In this document: positions 27,926-37,366 of the stretch, one piece after another | Position numbering within the stretch: the first letter of the stretch is position 1 | How the letters are laid out: each line of letters opens with the position of its first letter | Origin: Candidatus Jorgensenbacteria bacterium GW2011_GWB1_50_10 | GTDB taxonomy: Bacteria; Patescibacteriota; Minisyncoccia; UBA6257; GWB1-50-10 | Direction: 5' to 3' | Assembly (NCBI GenBank): GCA_001004105.1 | Contig: LCQK01000002.1 | Span: 75,419 to 139,418 of the forward strand | Length of the DNA stretch: 64,000 bases | Program-made: the position numbers and the translations under genes | Notes under the pieces: model-generated | The model's input: only the letters and a program-made list of their open reading frames with translations | What the model was told of the DNA's origin: nothing | Databases searched by the model: none

Positions 27926-27953
27926 CTGCTGATATGACGCGTCATATCAGCAG
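27926..27953. repeat. Perfect 28-nt palindrome CTGCTGATATGACGCGTCATATCAGCAG upstream of the HTH gene
   Basis: Read directly. About 19 nt upstream of the HTH start. Confidence 0.8.
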
Positions 27954-27975
27954 ATGGAGAGTGTAAATATTTAAG

Positions 27976-28218
27976 TTAATTGGAGTTATGTAAATCTGAA
28001 AAGATGTCTCGGAGGGATACTAAAAACCAGATGCCGTTTAATACAGTAAAAGGAATACTGGAGAGCAATATTGCATAAGCTATAAGTAGCCCGGAGCCAA
28101 TGAGGTTTAGTATGTCGAATTTTATACTGTCTCGATCTAATTTATGCGATTGGTTAAGAAAGAAAGCAATTAGTATTATTGCCGCGCCAGCCGAGCCGAT
28201 TAAAGTAGTTACCTCCAT
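27976..28218 (-). CDS. Small hypothetical membrane protein (2 predicted TM helices)
   Basis: 80-aa hydrophobic ORF immediately downstream of ftsW. Confidence 0.3.
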   Translation of the reverse strand: MEVTTLIGSAGAAIILIAFFLNQSHKLDRDSIKFDILNLIGSGLLIAYAILLSSIPFTVLNGIWFLVSLRDIFSDLHNSN

Positions 28219-28220
28219 TT

Positions 28221-29324
28221 TTATCTCCTATATCTCGACACATTCACTATAATCCCGCTCATGGTGAGAAATACAGCAAGCGCGGTGCCGCCGAAGCTGA
28301 TGAGGGGCAAGGGCACGCCGGTGAAAGGAATAAGACCGGAAACGGAGGCGACGTTGATGAATGCTTGGATGCCGATTAGCGATACGAAGCCGGTGACCAG
28401 GAGCCGGCCGAAAGAATCCGGCGCGTGTCTCGCAAGCGCAAGTCCTCTTAATATCAGAACGCCGAAAGCCGCGATAAGCAGGCCGCCGCCAACGAATCCC
28501 AGCTCTTCGGCGATAACCGCGAAGATGGAATCCCCTATTGGTTCCGGCAGATATCGGAGTTTCGTGGTGGAGTTGCCGTAGCCCACGCCGAACAAGCCAC
28601 CGGAACCGATGGCCATTTGCGACTGGTTCACGTGGTAGCCGGAAGAGAGTTCGTTCGCTTCAGGGTTTATGAAAGTAAGGATTCTCTCCAGTCGGTAAGG
28701 CGTGAAATAGACGACAACCGAAAGACCGAGTGCCGCCAAAAGAACAGCGCCCACGAGAAATCGAAGCCTTGCGCCGGCCGCAAAATAAGTGACGAGCGAT
28801 GAGGCAAAAATAATGAGGGCGGTGGTTGTTGAGGGTTGAATGATGATTAAAGCCATTACGATGCCGACGAGAATTAAAAAAGGCAGAAATCCTTCACCGA
28901 CGCTTCTGCTTCTTTTTTCGTTCTTGGAAAGCCAGGCGGCAAGATAAAGGAGGAAAGTGAGTTTCAAAATTTCTGCCGGCTGGACGGTGAAAACGCCGAA
29001 ATCAATCCAGCGGGAAGCACCCTTAGCGGCAAATTTCAGGGGTGAAAAGATGAGAAGCATAAGAATGATGGTGATAATAAGAAGGGGCAGAGCCATTTTT
29101 TCCCACCGGCGGTAGTAAGTAAAAAACCCGAAAAGAAACCCGACTGCGCCCAAAACAAGCCCGTGGAGCAGTTGATTGTTCAGGTAATGAAAACTGTTGC
29201 TGAATCTGTCCCTCGCGAGGTCGGAGGAGGCGCTTGCGAGCATCACCAAGCCGAATATCGTGAGGATGACGACGAGGCCCACAATGACGTAATCCGGCGA
29301 GGAAGTGCTTTTAGGGGCTCGCAT
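28221..29324 (-). CDS. ftsW: SEDS-family peptidoglycan glycosyltransferase FtsW/RodA
   Basis: Polytopic membrane protein with characteristic FtsW/RodA conserved blocks (…IGSGGLFGVGYGNS…, …PEPIGDSIFAVIAEELG…). Confidence 0.85.
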   Translation of the reverse strand: MRAPKSTSSPDYVIVGLVVILTIFGLVMLASASSDLARDRFSNSFHYLNNQLLHGLVLGAVGFLFGFFTYYRRWEKMALPLLIITIILMLLIFSPLKFAAKGASRWIDFGVFTVQPAEILKLTFLLYLAAWLSKNEKRSRSVGEGFLPFLILVGIVMALIIIQPSTTTALIIFASSLVTYFAAGARLRFLVGAVLLAALGLSVVVYFTPYRLERILTFINPEANELSSGYHVNQSQMAIGSGGLFGVGYGNSTTKLRYLPEPIGDSIFAVIAEELGFVGGGLLIAAFGVLILRGLALARHAPDSFGRLLVTGFVSLIGIQAFINVASVSGLIPFTGVPLPLISFGGTALAVFLTMSGIIVNVSRYRR

Positions 29325-29328
29325 TGCT

Positions 29329-30792
29329 TTAATCCGAGCGGAGGACGCTGCCGCTCAAGCTTTTCGTCGCGACGCCGTCGGCTAAGGCGATTTTGCCGTT
29401 TACAACCACGTCTTTAACTTTTAAGTCGCGCAGAACAACGATATCGGCAAAGTAATCTTCCTTGATAAGCCCCCGCTTTTTGATTTTAAATTTGGCCGCC
29501 GGACCGGAAGTCATTTTGGCGATGGCTTGCTCCAGAGGCATTTTGTTTTTATTCGCCCAACCGAGAAAGTTCGCGAAAATGCCGTTTTGCCCCGTATCGC
29601 CCGAGGAAATGAAGGAAGCGGGAGAGGCCAGGAACTCGGCCATGATTTTTTCATCAACCGTTTTTAAAAGAACCGTCGCTCGGAGGCGGGAGAGGTGCAT
29701 TAGGCGAAAAAGCGCTTCTTCTTTTTTAAGTTCGTGGCTTGCGGCAAATTCAACGAGTGTCCGGCCGTTCAGGAATTGAAGCGGCGGCGGGGCATAGGAA
29801 ATGGTAATTTCATCGGAAACAACTTTTTTCAAGTGCTCCAGAATTTCTTTTTCAAGGTGCGCTTCTTTGATTGATTCATTCATGGTTTCCAAATTTCCTC
29901 TCTTCAGGTTTGGCGGCAGAAGCTGATAAATCGGTGCGCCGAGAATTCCGTCGGAGTTGCAGTCGAAATTAATGTGCGTGACGGCGGTTTCAGCCTCAAT
30001 TGCACCTCTCGCTTTGATATATTTTTCCCGGAAACCCAGAACGGGCTCAAAATGGTTTATCTCCAAACTCGCGGCCGAATCCCTGGCGAGTTTTATGATT
30101 TCCCCGACCGCCACATCCAAACCATCAGTGGAATCGCGGAGGTGAACGGCGACCGGTTTTTGGAACTGCGCCGCAATCTTTGCGACCTCTATTAGTTCGC
30201 GGTAAGGCGTCATTTTGGCGTGAACGTATTCCAAGCCGAAAGAGAGGCCGAAGGCGCCGTCTTTCAAGGCCTCCCCAATAATTTCTTTCATCGCCGCCAT
30301 TTCGCGGTCGGTTAGGTCGCGAAAATCTTCGCCCAAAAGCCCGCGTCTAACCGTGCCGTGGCCGACAAGCGTTCCAAAGTTAACTCCCAGGCCGCGCCGC
30401 TCCAGGATTTTGAGCAGTTCCGGGAGCTTGTGCCAGCCGACGTTGATTTTGGAGAAATCAGTCCATTTGCGGAGCGAGAGGAGAGAGTTGCCAAAAACCG
30501 GCGCGAGCGACGAGCCGCAATTGCCGCCCAAAATCGTGGTGATGCCGGCCCGAATGAGCGACTCGCCGCTCGGCTCGTTGAAAACACCGAGATAGTGGTC
30601 AAAAGACGAATTTATGTCAATAAAACCGGGAGTGACGGTCGCGCCTGCGGCGTCAATCACGACATCGGCGTGTTTTTTCGGGAAAGAGCCGAGGCGGGCA
30701 ACATGGCCGCGCCTTATGAGAATGTCTTTTTTGAGAGCCGGCTCACCCGAGCCGTCATAAGTCAACCCGTTTTTAATTAAGATAATCGGCAC
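29329..30792 (-). CDS. Amidohydrolase-family protein (N-acyl-D-amino-acid deacylase / D-aminoacylase-like)
   Basis: N-terminal ILIKNGLTYDGSG pattern and metal-binding His/Asp arrangement typical of the amidohydrolase superfamily. Confidence 0.55.
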   Translation of the reverse strand: MPIILIKNGLTYDGSGEPALKKDILIRRGHVARLGSFPKKHADVVIDAAGATVTPGFIDINSSFDHYLGVFNEPSGESLIRAGITTILGGNCGSSLAPVFGNSLLSLRKWTDFSKINVGWHKLPELLKILERRGLGVNFGTLVGHGTVRRGLLGEDFRDLTDREMAAMKEIIGEALKDGAFGLSFGLEYVHAKMTPYRELIEVAKIAAQFQKPVAVHLRDSTDGLDVAVGEIIKLARDSAASLEINHFEPVLGFREKYIKARGAIEAETAVTHINFDCNSDGILGAPIYQLLPPNLKRGNLETMNESIKEAHLEKEILEHLKKVVSDEITISYAPPPLQFLNGRTLVEFAASHELKKEEALFRLMHLSRLRATVLLKTVDEKIMAEFLASPASFISSGDTGQNGIFANFLGWANKNKMPLEQAIAKMTSGPAAKFKIKKRGLIKEDYFADIVVLRDLKVKDVVVNGKIALADGVATKSLSGSVLRSD

Positions 30793-30814
30793 ATCTTAAT
30801 TATAGCAAGGAATT

Positions 30815-31891
30815 TTAAGCGAAACGGGCGAGGAAAAACAAAACTAAGCCGAGGGTAGTGGCTACCGCCGAGATTATCCAGAAACGCATGGTGATTTGGC
30901 TCTCGGGCCAGCCCAAGCCCTGGAAGTGATGGTGAATGGGAGCGGAGAGAAAAACTTTTTTCCCGCGGAATTTTTTGCTCAAGACCTGGATGATGACCGA
31001 GAGTGATTCGCCGACTAAAATAAGGCCGAAAAACGGAAGAAAAAGAGCGGTATTGGTGAGCATTGCCATCACGCCCAAGGTGATGCCGAGCGACATGGAG
31101 CCGGTGTCGCCCATGAAAAATCGCGCCGGGTGGATGTTAAACCAAAGAAACGCCAAGAGCGCTCCCAAAATTGCCGCATTCATCGCCGCCAAATCAAACC
31201 GGCCGAGCACGAAAGCGACGACCGCCATCGCTCCAAAAGCGAAAAAAAGCGTCCCGGCGGCGAGACCGTCCAAGCCATCGGTTTCGTTGGCGGAAAAAGC
31301 CGTCGCCACGATTATAAAAATAAAAAATGGAATGTACCAGGCGCCGATTACGATATTGCCCAGGAAAGGAACGTAGAGCACATCCCAGCCGAGTTTAAAG
31401 AAGAACCACCAGGCGCCAACGGCCGCGACTGCGGTGTAGAGGAGAAGTTTCCGTTTTACCGTTAGTCCCCCGCCATGCGGACCCTTTCCTAAAATACCGA
31501 ACATATCGTCAATCAAGCCGACTATCGCCGTAAAAAGAAGCGTTGCGAGCGGCAGATAGGTTTCGGGGCGAGAGACGAAATCAAAATAATTCGCGAATCC
31601 GTCGAAAATCAATCGCAAAACAAAAAAGCAAAAAGCGAGGCCTAAAACCGTCGCCCAAATAATGATGCCGCCCATAGTCGGCGTCCCCGACTTGTCCTTG
31701 TGGAACTGGTAAAAAACCGGCGCGGTTTCGGCACTGCGGATATTTACTTTGTGGAGATTAAATTTTTGGAGAAAGCGAAAAACAAAAGGCGTGATTATTA
31801 GCGCGACGACGAAAGCGAGCGCAAAAATTATCAAAACCCGGACTGCTTCAAAAATCATCATGACGGGAACGTATAGGCGCGACCGATCCAA
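30815..31891 (-). CDS. mraY: Phospho-N-acetylmuramoyl-pentapeptide-transferase
   Basis: GTPTMGGIII, DDMFGILG, NAAILGAL...N..D.LDGLA motifs. About 10 TM helices. Confidence 0.9.
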   Translation of the reverse strand: MDRSRLYVPVMMIFEAVRVLIIFALAFVVALIITPFVFRFLQKFNLHKVNIRSAETAPVFYQFHKDKSGTPTMGGIIIWATVLGLAFCFFVLRLIFDGFANYFDFVSRPETYLPLATLLFTAIVGLIDDMFGILGKGPHGGGLTVKRKLLLYTAVAAVGAWWFFFKLGWDVLYVPFLGNIVIGAWYIPFFIFIIVATAFSANETDGLDGLAAGTLFFAFGAMAVVAFVLGRFDLAAMNAAILGALLAFLWFNIHPARFFMGDTGSMSLGITLGVMAMLTNTALFLPFFGLILVGESLSVIIQVLSKKFRGKKVFLSAPIHHHFQGLGWPESQITMRFWIISAVATTLGLVLFFLARFA

Positions 31892-32823
31892 TCCAAAAGA
31901 TTTTTTATTTCTTTGTCGCGGTCAGAGCTTCCTAAAATTATAAGGATTAATCTTTCTCCGCCCGAAGAAAAAATTGCAACCTCGTTTTGTCTGGCTTTGT
32001 CCGAGGTGCCGGTTTTGCCGCCCAAGAACCCGGTCTCGTCCACCATGCCGTTGATGTTCAAGATCGTCCGGCTCGTGGCGTCATTTAACGGCTGGATGAG
32101 CTGGCTTTTCTGGCGCGTCCAATTAAAAATCTGCGGTTCGTTCTCCAGAATATATTTTACAAGACGGAGGATGTCGCTTGCTGTTCCTACGTTTTCGTCC
32201 TCTAAACCGGAGGCGCCGTAAACTTTGGTCTGCGTAAGCCCTAGCTCGCGCAACTTTTCGTTCATTAATTTTACAAATTCGTCGCGCCCCAGATAATTTT
32301 CAAACGCAGCGGCAGCGTCGTTGGAAGAAGTAAGAAGCATGACTTTCAAAAGGTCGCGGGCGGTGTAAACCTCACCGCTTTTCAAGTTCCCCGCCTCGCC
32401 CTCGGTCGCGACCGCCGTTTCGTCCACGACCACTTTTTTGTTTTCGCCGATATTTTCTATGACCACGACGGCGGCCAAGAGCTTGGTTAGTGATGCCAGT
32501 GGCCAGGATTTATAGGTGTTAAGGTGGAAAAAAGGAAAATCGCCGTCTAGGGACTGGATTAAAACCGCCGCCGCGCCGAGAGTTGGGTCCAAAACCTCCC
32601 AGTTGCGTTCCGGCGCTTTTTTGACCTCGTATTGGCTCAAATTCGGGGCGCTTGCCGCAAAAAGCGAAGCCCGTTCAAAAGAAAGGCCTTCCGAAACTTT
32701 CGGCGGCGCCGATTTTTCCTCTGAAGGAGAGGTATTTTTTGATTCACTGCCGCCGATGTTCGCCGCGGCAACGGAGATGACGATAAGAACGGCTAAAATC
32801 AGAGCTTGGAATTTCGTGGTCAT
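31858..32823 (-). CDS. D-alanyl-D-alanine carboxypeptidase (serine-type, PBP5 family)
   Basis: SxxK (ASLTKLL), SxN (SSND) and KTG (GKTGTS) motifs. Confidence 0.8.
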   Translation of the reverse strand: MTTKFQALILAVLIVISVAAANIGGSESKNTSPSEEKSAPPKVSEGLSFERASLFAASAPNLSQYEVKKAPERNWEVLDPTLGAAAVLIQSLDGDFPFFHLNTYKSWPLASLTKLLAAVVVIENIGENKKVVVDETAVATEGEAGNLKSGEVYTARDLLKVMLLTSSNDAAAAFENYLGRDEFVKLMNEKLRELGLTQTKVYGASGLEDENVGTASDILRLVKYILENEPQIFNWTRQKSQLIQPLNDATSRTILNINGMVDETGFLGGKTGTSDKARQNEVAIFSSGGERLILIILGSSDRDKEIKNLLDWIGRAYTFPS

Positions 32824-33377
32824 GGGTTTTCTTGAGGCGTTTCAAAGCTTGTTAGAATATTGCGGTATTTTTCGAACTCCGGCAACTCTTCTTTGGCGTT
32901 TAACCCGAGGTGCTTCAAAAATTCCAAGCTCACGCGGTATTCGTAGACGTTTTTCCGTTTCTCGCTTGTTTCCCTTTCAACCAATCCCCGCACGAGCAAA
33001 CTCCGCAAAATAAAGCTGGAGTTTACGCCTCTCACATAATCAATGGTGGAACGCGGCGCGGGCCCCAAATAAGCCACGACGGAGAGTGTTTCCTGCGCCG
33101 CCGGCGAGAGTTCTTCGCGGAACTCCTCCCTAATCAAGGTTTCGTTTATTTTTTGGAGCTCCGGCTTGGTGGCGAGCTGGATTGTTTCACCGTCTTTCAA
33201 AAGCGTGAGACCGCGAGCATCACCTGCCAAGCTTGCCGTGAGCTCATTTACCAGATCGGAGGCGGCGTTTTCTTTCAATTTCATGATTTTGGCGATTTTT
33301 TTGATTTCAATAGGTTCGCCGTAAGTGAAAAGCAACGCCTCCAGCTCGGCCAAATTTTTGGAATTTTCTTCGCTCAT
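32820..33377 (-). CDS. scpB: Segregation and condensation protein B
   Basis: LEALLFTYGEPI ... winged-helix blocks typical of ScpB. Operon with scpA. Confidence 0.8.
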   Translation of the reverse strand: MSEENSKNLAELEALLFTYGEPIEIKKIAKIMKLKENAASDLVNELTASLAGDARGLTLLKDGETIQLATKPELQKINETLIREEFREELSPAAQETLSVVAYLGPAPRSTIDYVRGVNSSFILRSLLVRGLVERETSEKRKNVYEYRVSLEFLKHLGLNAKEELPEFEKYRNILTSFETPQENP

Positions 33378-33380
33378 AAT

Positions 33381-34082
33381 CTATTTTCTTGCAATTTGAA
33401 TTTCGGCAAAGTGGGTTTCCTGCTCAACATAAATCAATTCTTCTTTAATCAAATGGAGAATAGCAAGGAAAATCACCACTAGTTCGTCCCGCGAGCCCTT
33501 CTGCCGGAGGTCGCGCATTTTTTTTGGCGTTTCCGAGATTTTTTTCAGGATTTCCTCAATTTTGGCCTTAAGATTGATGATTTCTATTTTGATGGTTTGG
33601 ACCGGTTTCATGAATCGCTCCAGTTCCGCGAGAATCCGCTCCAAGGAACGAGCCATATCTCCTCTTTTGACCTTTTGGGGCGGGTAAAAAGCCGAAGCCA
33701 CTCCGCTCAAGAATTCTTTGGTTGCCATTTTCGGATAATCGCTCCAGAGATTTTTGATGTGTTTTTGGGCATTTTTGAGCTCGGCGTAGATTTTGAGCCG
33801 CGCTTCAAGATTTCTAATGTCCGTTTCTTCCTCGGTCGTGAGGAGAAGGGACGGCAAGAGGACTTTTGATTTGATGAGAATGAGGCGCGAAGCGACGGAG
33901 AGAAAATCGGCAATGAGTCCGTGGTTCATTTTTTCGGCCTCCAGTTTTTTCAAATATTTCAGAAAATCGGCCGTCACTTCCGCCAAACTGATTTGAGTGA
34001 TTTCCAGTTTTTTCTCTTCCACAAGCTCAAGAAGCTTGTCCAGGGGACCCTTATACCCGTTCAAAGCCAATTCATAAGTCAT
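33381..34082 (-). CDS. scpA: Segregation and condensation protein A
   Basis: GPLDKLLELVEEKKLEITQISLAEVTADFLKYL N-terminal ScpA signature. Confidence 0.8.
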   Translation of the reverse strand: MTYELALNGYKGPLDKLLELVEEKKLEITQISLAEVTADFLKYLKKLEAEKMNHGLIADFLSVASRLILIKSKVLLPSLLLTTEEETDIRNLEARLKIYAELKNAQKHIKNLWSDYPKMATKEFLSGVASAFYPPQKVKRGDMARSLERILAELERFMKPVQTIKIEIINLKAKIEEILKKISETPKKMRDLRQKGSRDELVVIFLAILHLIKEELIYVEQETHFAEIQIARK

Positions 34083-34105
34083 TGTTGTTATATAATGATT
34101 TTAAC

Positions 34106-34468
34106 ATGTTTCGAATAAGAAATCTGAACTTCAAACCTATTCTCGCCCTGCGTTTGGGGCTGGGGTTGGTGCTCGTCTACGCCGGCATCGGAATGTTCGC
34201 TAATCCCGAAAGTTGGGTCGGCTACGTGCCGGCGTGGCTCGGGGAAATTATCGCGCCGGAAACTTTTCTCGCCGTTCACGGCGTATTTGAACTGATATTG
34301 GGCGTTTTAATCATCACCGGATTTTTCCTGCCACTTGCTTCACTTCTTTTGTTTTTGGATATGGGCTCGATTCTTTTGTTCTACGGCGTGGACGACGTCA
34401 CTTTCCGCGACTTCGGGCTTATGATGAGCGCCCTTGCGCTTTTTCTCATGACGGCTAAAAAGGACTGA
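34106..34468 (+). CDS. Hypothetical small membrane protein (DoxX-like)
   Basis: Four hydrophobic segments. Start assigned to an internal ATG. Confidence 0.35.
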   Translation: MFRIRNLNFKPILALRLGLGLVLVYAGIGMFANPESWVGYVPAWLGEIIAPETFLAVHGVFELILGVLIITGFFLPLASLLLFLDMGSILLFYGVDDVTFRDFGLMMSALALFLMTAKKD

Positions 34469-34479
34469 AAATCTTATTG

Positions 34480-34511
34480 CTTCAATTTATCCCATATGGG
34501 ACAAATTGAAG
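34480..34511. repeat. Near-perfect palindrome CTTCAATTTATCCCATATGGGACAAATTGAAG between convergent genes
   Basis: Same family as 8583-8614 and 7725-7754. Confidence 0.75.
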
Positions 34512-34526
34512 ATATTTGAATTTACC

Positions 34527-35537
34527 TTATCCGTGGCGAACAACAATAACGTCACCGTCCTGAACTTCATAATCCTTACCCTCTAAGCGGAGCCATCCCT
34601 TTTGCTTCGCTTCGTTCCAGCCGCCGGCTTCCACTAATTTTTCGTATTTCACCACTTCGGCGCGGATGAATTTTTCCTGAAAATCGCTGTGAATGACGCC
34701 GGCGGCCTGCGGCGCTTTAGTTCCCGCTAAGCAGGTCCAGGCCCGGCTTTCGTCCTCGCCAGTCGTGAAAAAACTGATTAAATTCAAAACCTCATAGGCC
34801 TTTCTTATCAGTTCCGGAATCGTTTCGGCAGATGACAGGTCTGCCACGACGTAGCCCGCACCAGTTTCTTTTATTTCCGTAATAAGTTCCGACGGCACGT
34901 CTTCTTCGCGGCCATTTAAGAGATACAGCTGCGGTTTGGCGGTTAAAAGATTCAGTTCTTTTAGAATTTTCCAATGCAAGCTGTCTTCTTTTGGTATAGT
35001 CGTGAGCATTTTTCCTTCTTCGAGCCACGCTTTTATTTCTTCCAGAGCGTCTTTTAAGTCCACGAATTCTTTATTGCCGCTCCGGGCATCCGCTTCGGCT
35101 TTTTCTAATCTTTTTTGGACCGTCTCCAAATCTTTCAGTGCAAGCTCGGTTTTTATCGTTTCCACGTCGCGGAGCGGATTTACACCGCCTTCCACGTGGA
35201 TTATTTCGCTTTCTTTAAAACAGCGAACAACTTGGAGAACGGCGTTCACTTCCCGAATGTGAGTGAGAAATTGGTTGCCCAAGCCCTCGCCTTTGTGAGC
35301 GCCTTTCACGAGACCGGCGATATCATAGAATTCCACGACAGCCGGCACGGTTTTCTTGGAACGGCTAAGTTCCGTAAGCTTTTGGAGGCGTTCATCGGGA
35401 ACTGGAACTACGCCGATGTTCGGATCAATAGTGGCGAATGGATAATTCGCAATATTTACTTCTTGTTTAGTGATAATTTTGAATAGCGTGGACTTGCCCA
35501 CATTAGGCAAACCGACAATGCCGATAGATAATTTCAT
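34527..35537 (-). CDS. ychF: Ribosome-binding ATPase YchF
   Basis: GIVGLPNVGKSTLF P-loop, YPFATIDPN, and a C-terminal TGS domain. Confidence 0.9.
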   Translation of the reverse strand: MKLSIGIVGLPNVGKSTLFKIITKQEVNIANYPFATIDPNIGVVPVPDERLQKLTELSRSKKTVPAVVEFYDIAGLVKGAHKGEGLGNQFLTHIREVNAVLQVVRCFKESEIIHVEGGVNPLRDVETIKTELALKDLETVQKRLEKAEADARSGNKEFVDLKDALEEIKAWLEEGKMLTTIPKEDSLHWKILKELNLLTAKPQLYLLNGREEDVPSELITEIKETGAGYVVADLSSAETIPELIRKAYEVLNLISFFTTGEDESRAWTCLAGTKAPQAAGVIHSDFQEKFIRAEVVKYEKLVEAGGWNEAKQKGWLRLEGKDYEVQDGDVIVVRHG

Positions 35538-35619
35538 ACGCTTATTACAATAATAGATTCTGAAAACAAAAGGAAACCGCGTTGGCGGTTTCCCGTTGCT
35601 TTTGCTGATTCACTCCCTG

Positions 35620-36165
35620 TTACCCGTCTGTGAGAGGATGGATATAACGTTGGTGCCTAGGATTCCGTCTCTTCCGCTCTCGGTGCTTGTGGCCGTTATT
35701 CCGGGGTTCTGCGCCATAGGGTTCGAAATACTCTCTTCCTTCCCTGTCTTGCCAACCATGGCCGTGAACGATGAATACACAGACCAACTGGTTCACAAAA
35801 CTCTGGAGCCGCCGCAGGCAGTGCGCGCCGTCCACTTGGAGGGTGAGTATGCCGTTCCCGTTGCTTACGGGTTTGAGTGACAGTCCGCTCCCCGGCTTGT
35901 CTTCAATGATGAGTACCCGCAACTTCCCCTGAGGTTCTTGAGGTTTTCTTGTAGTGAGCGTAACCTGAGCCCATCTTTTTCCGTGGAGCAAGACCTCTCC
36001 TGTGCGGAACTCGTTGTCCGACTTGCTGAATATCCTTGGGTGGCGGGTCAGTCGCTGCGCTGCCGGATTAGCAATCTCCCCAAGGAGCCGCCGGCCGAAT
36101 TTACCGCTTGCGCAGATCAGGTCCACTGCCTGATTCCCCGGCACTACCAGCTTGTCTTCTGACAC
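35620..36165 (-). CDS. Hypothetical protein (GC-rich island; GTG start)
   Basis: RBS GAGGAGAG before the GTG. TTGACA-like -35 upstream. Bidirectional hairpin AAAAACCTCCC-ttgc-GGGGAGGTTTTT at 36270-36300. About 57% GC. Confidence 0.35.
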   Translation of the reverse strand: MSEDKLVVPGNQAVDLICASGKFGRRLLGEIANPAAQRLTRHPRIFSKSDNEFRTGEVLLHGKRWAQVTLTTRKPQEPQGKLRVLIIEDKPGSGLSLKPVSNGNGILTLQVDGAHCLRRLQSFVNQLVCVFIVHGHGWQDREGREYFEPYGAEPRNNGHKHRERKRRNPRHQRYIHPLTDG

Positions 36166-36428
36166 GGTTCTCTCCTCTTCGCTAAAGGTGAGAATGGATT
36201 GATTTATGTCAATGAGCTGAAAATTAGTTATCTCCTTTTGAGCTCGCCAATTTTCAGACCACCGGCATCAAAAAACCTCCCTTGCGGGGAGGTTTTTGTC
36301 ATTATTTTGATTAGTTATTCTCTCTACTTATAAACCGAACCTCCCCGCCTTTGAGCAGTAATAAAGAGATTAATAAAGAGGTAGCTGTGGTTTGTATTCA
36401 TTGTGTAAATGTGAGTATAAGGTCTCGC

Positions 36429-36989
36429 TTATTTTTCGTCAAGCGGGCTGTGGATAAAGAAACGGTAGTGTTTTTTGGACCAAATCGGTCCAGCGTAATC
36501 AACGCCTATTCTTTTGCTCTTTTTGATTTTGAATCCTCCCGCTCCGAATTTCTTTCGGAGCGAGGCTCGCCCCTCCGGGGCGGCAATCCACAGTCCGGTC
36601 TTGCGGCTCGCAGGCTTCCCGTTAAAATTCCTGTCTATTTTGAAAAATTTCGTAACCCTCGCTGGGCCGTTTACACCTTCCACGCCGCGGATTAAAATCG
36701 CGGCTGGGTATCCCCTTCTGCCCGTCACGATGTTCAGCATCCAGTGCATGCCGTAGGTGAAATAAACGTACCAATACCCGGCTGGGCCGAACATTACTTT
36801 CGTGCGGGGTGTAAGTCCCCGCGAGGCGTGCGAGGCCTTGTCCCTGAAACCGTCGTAGGCCTCAACTTCGGTGATCATCGCTCGGATGATTTTGCCGCGA
36901 TAGCGGCGGCACAAATATTTGCCCAAAAGCGATTTCGCGACCAAAACCGTTGGTCGCGCAAAAAATCTGTCAGATAAAATTCTGCTCAT
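36429..36989 (-). CDS. DNA-3-methyladenine glycosylase (Mpg/AAG family)
   Basis: ITEVEAY, HASRG-TPRT-VMFGPAGYWYVYFTYGMHWMLN blocks. Confidence 0.8.
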   Translation of the reverse strand: MSRILSDRFFARPTVLVAKSLLGKYLCRRYRGKIIRAMITEVEAYDGFRDKASHASRGLTPRTKVMFGPAGYWYVYFTYGMHWMLNIVTGRRGYPAAILIRGVEGVNGPARVTKFFKIDRNFNGKPASRKTGLWIAAPEGRASLRKKFGAGGFKIKKSKRIGVDYAGPIWSKKHYRFFIHSPLDEK

Positions 36990-37018
36990 TATTTTTTAAA
37001 AACGTTGCCAAAACTTCA

Positions 37019-37042
37019 GGTGGTATACTTAAGTATACCACC
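37019..37042. repeat. Perfect 24-nt palindrome GGTGGTATACTTAAGTATACCACC (intergenic copy)
   Basis: Identical to 4955-4978 (inside pgk) and 63714-63737. Confidence 0.85.
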
Positions 37043-37048
37043 CCTGAT

Positions 37049-37366
37049 TTATAATAATCTTCTTACTTCTTCTATAATTTCCGCCGGAATCGGGTCGCGT
37101 TCGGGAGATTTTCCCGGGTAGCGCCAAGCGGTGATTATGCGGAGTTTTGGTTTCCGAACGGCGTACATCACCCAAATTTCTTGATAGCGCTTGGTGCCGG
37201 CTGGCTGCATCACCGCCACTGTATCCGGCACTATCCCCTCCTCTGTTCTTTTTGGAAATCTGATTATGCGCTTAATGCGGCTCTCGGAGATGCCGTACTC
37301 GCGCATTTTTCCGAACGAATGCGTTGTCCAGGAATAACGGGTATCTTCCTTCGGCGTTTTCCACAT
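37049..37366 (-). CDS. Hypothetical small protein (DUF4258/toxin-like?)
   Basis: 105-aa ORF. Weak resemblance only. Confidence 0.35.
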   Translation of the reverse strand: MWKTPKEDTRYSWTTHSFGKMREYGISESRIKRIIRFPKRTEEGIVPDTVAVMQPAGTKRYQEIWVMYAVRKPKLRIITAWRYPGKSPERDPIPAEIIEEVRRLL

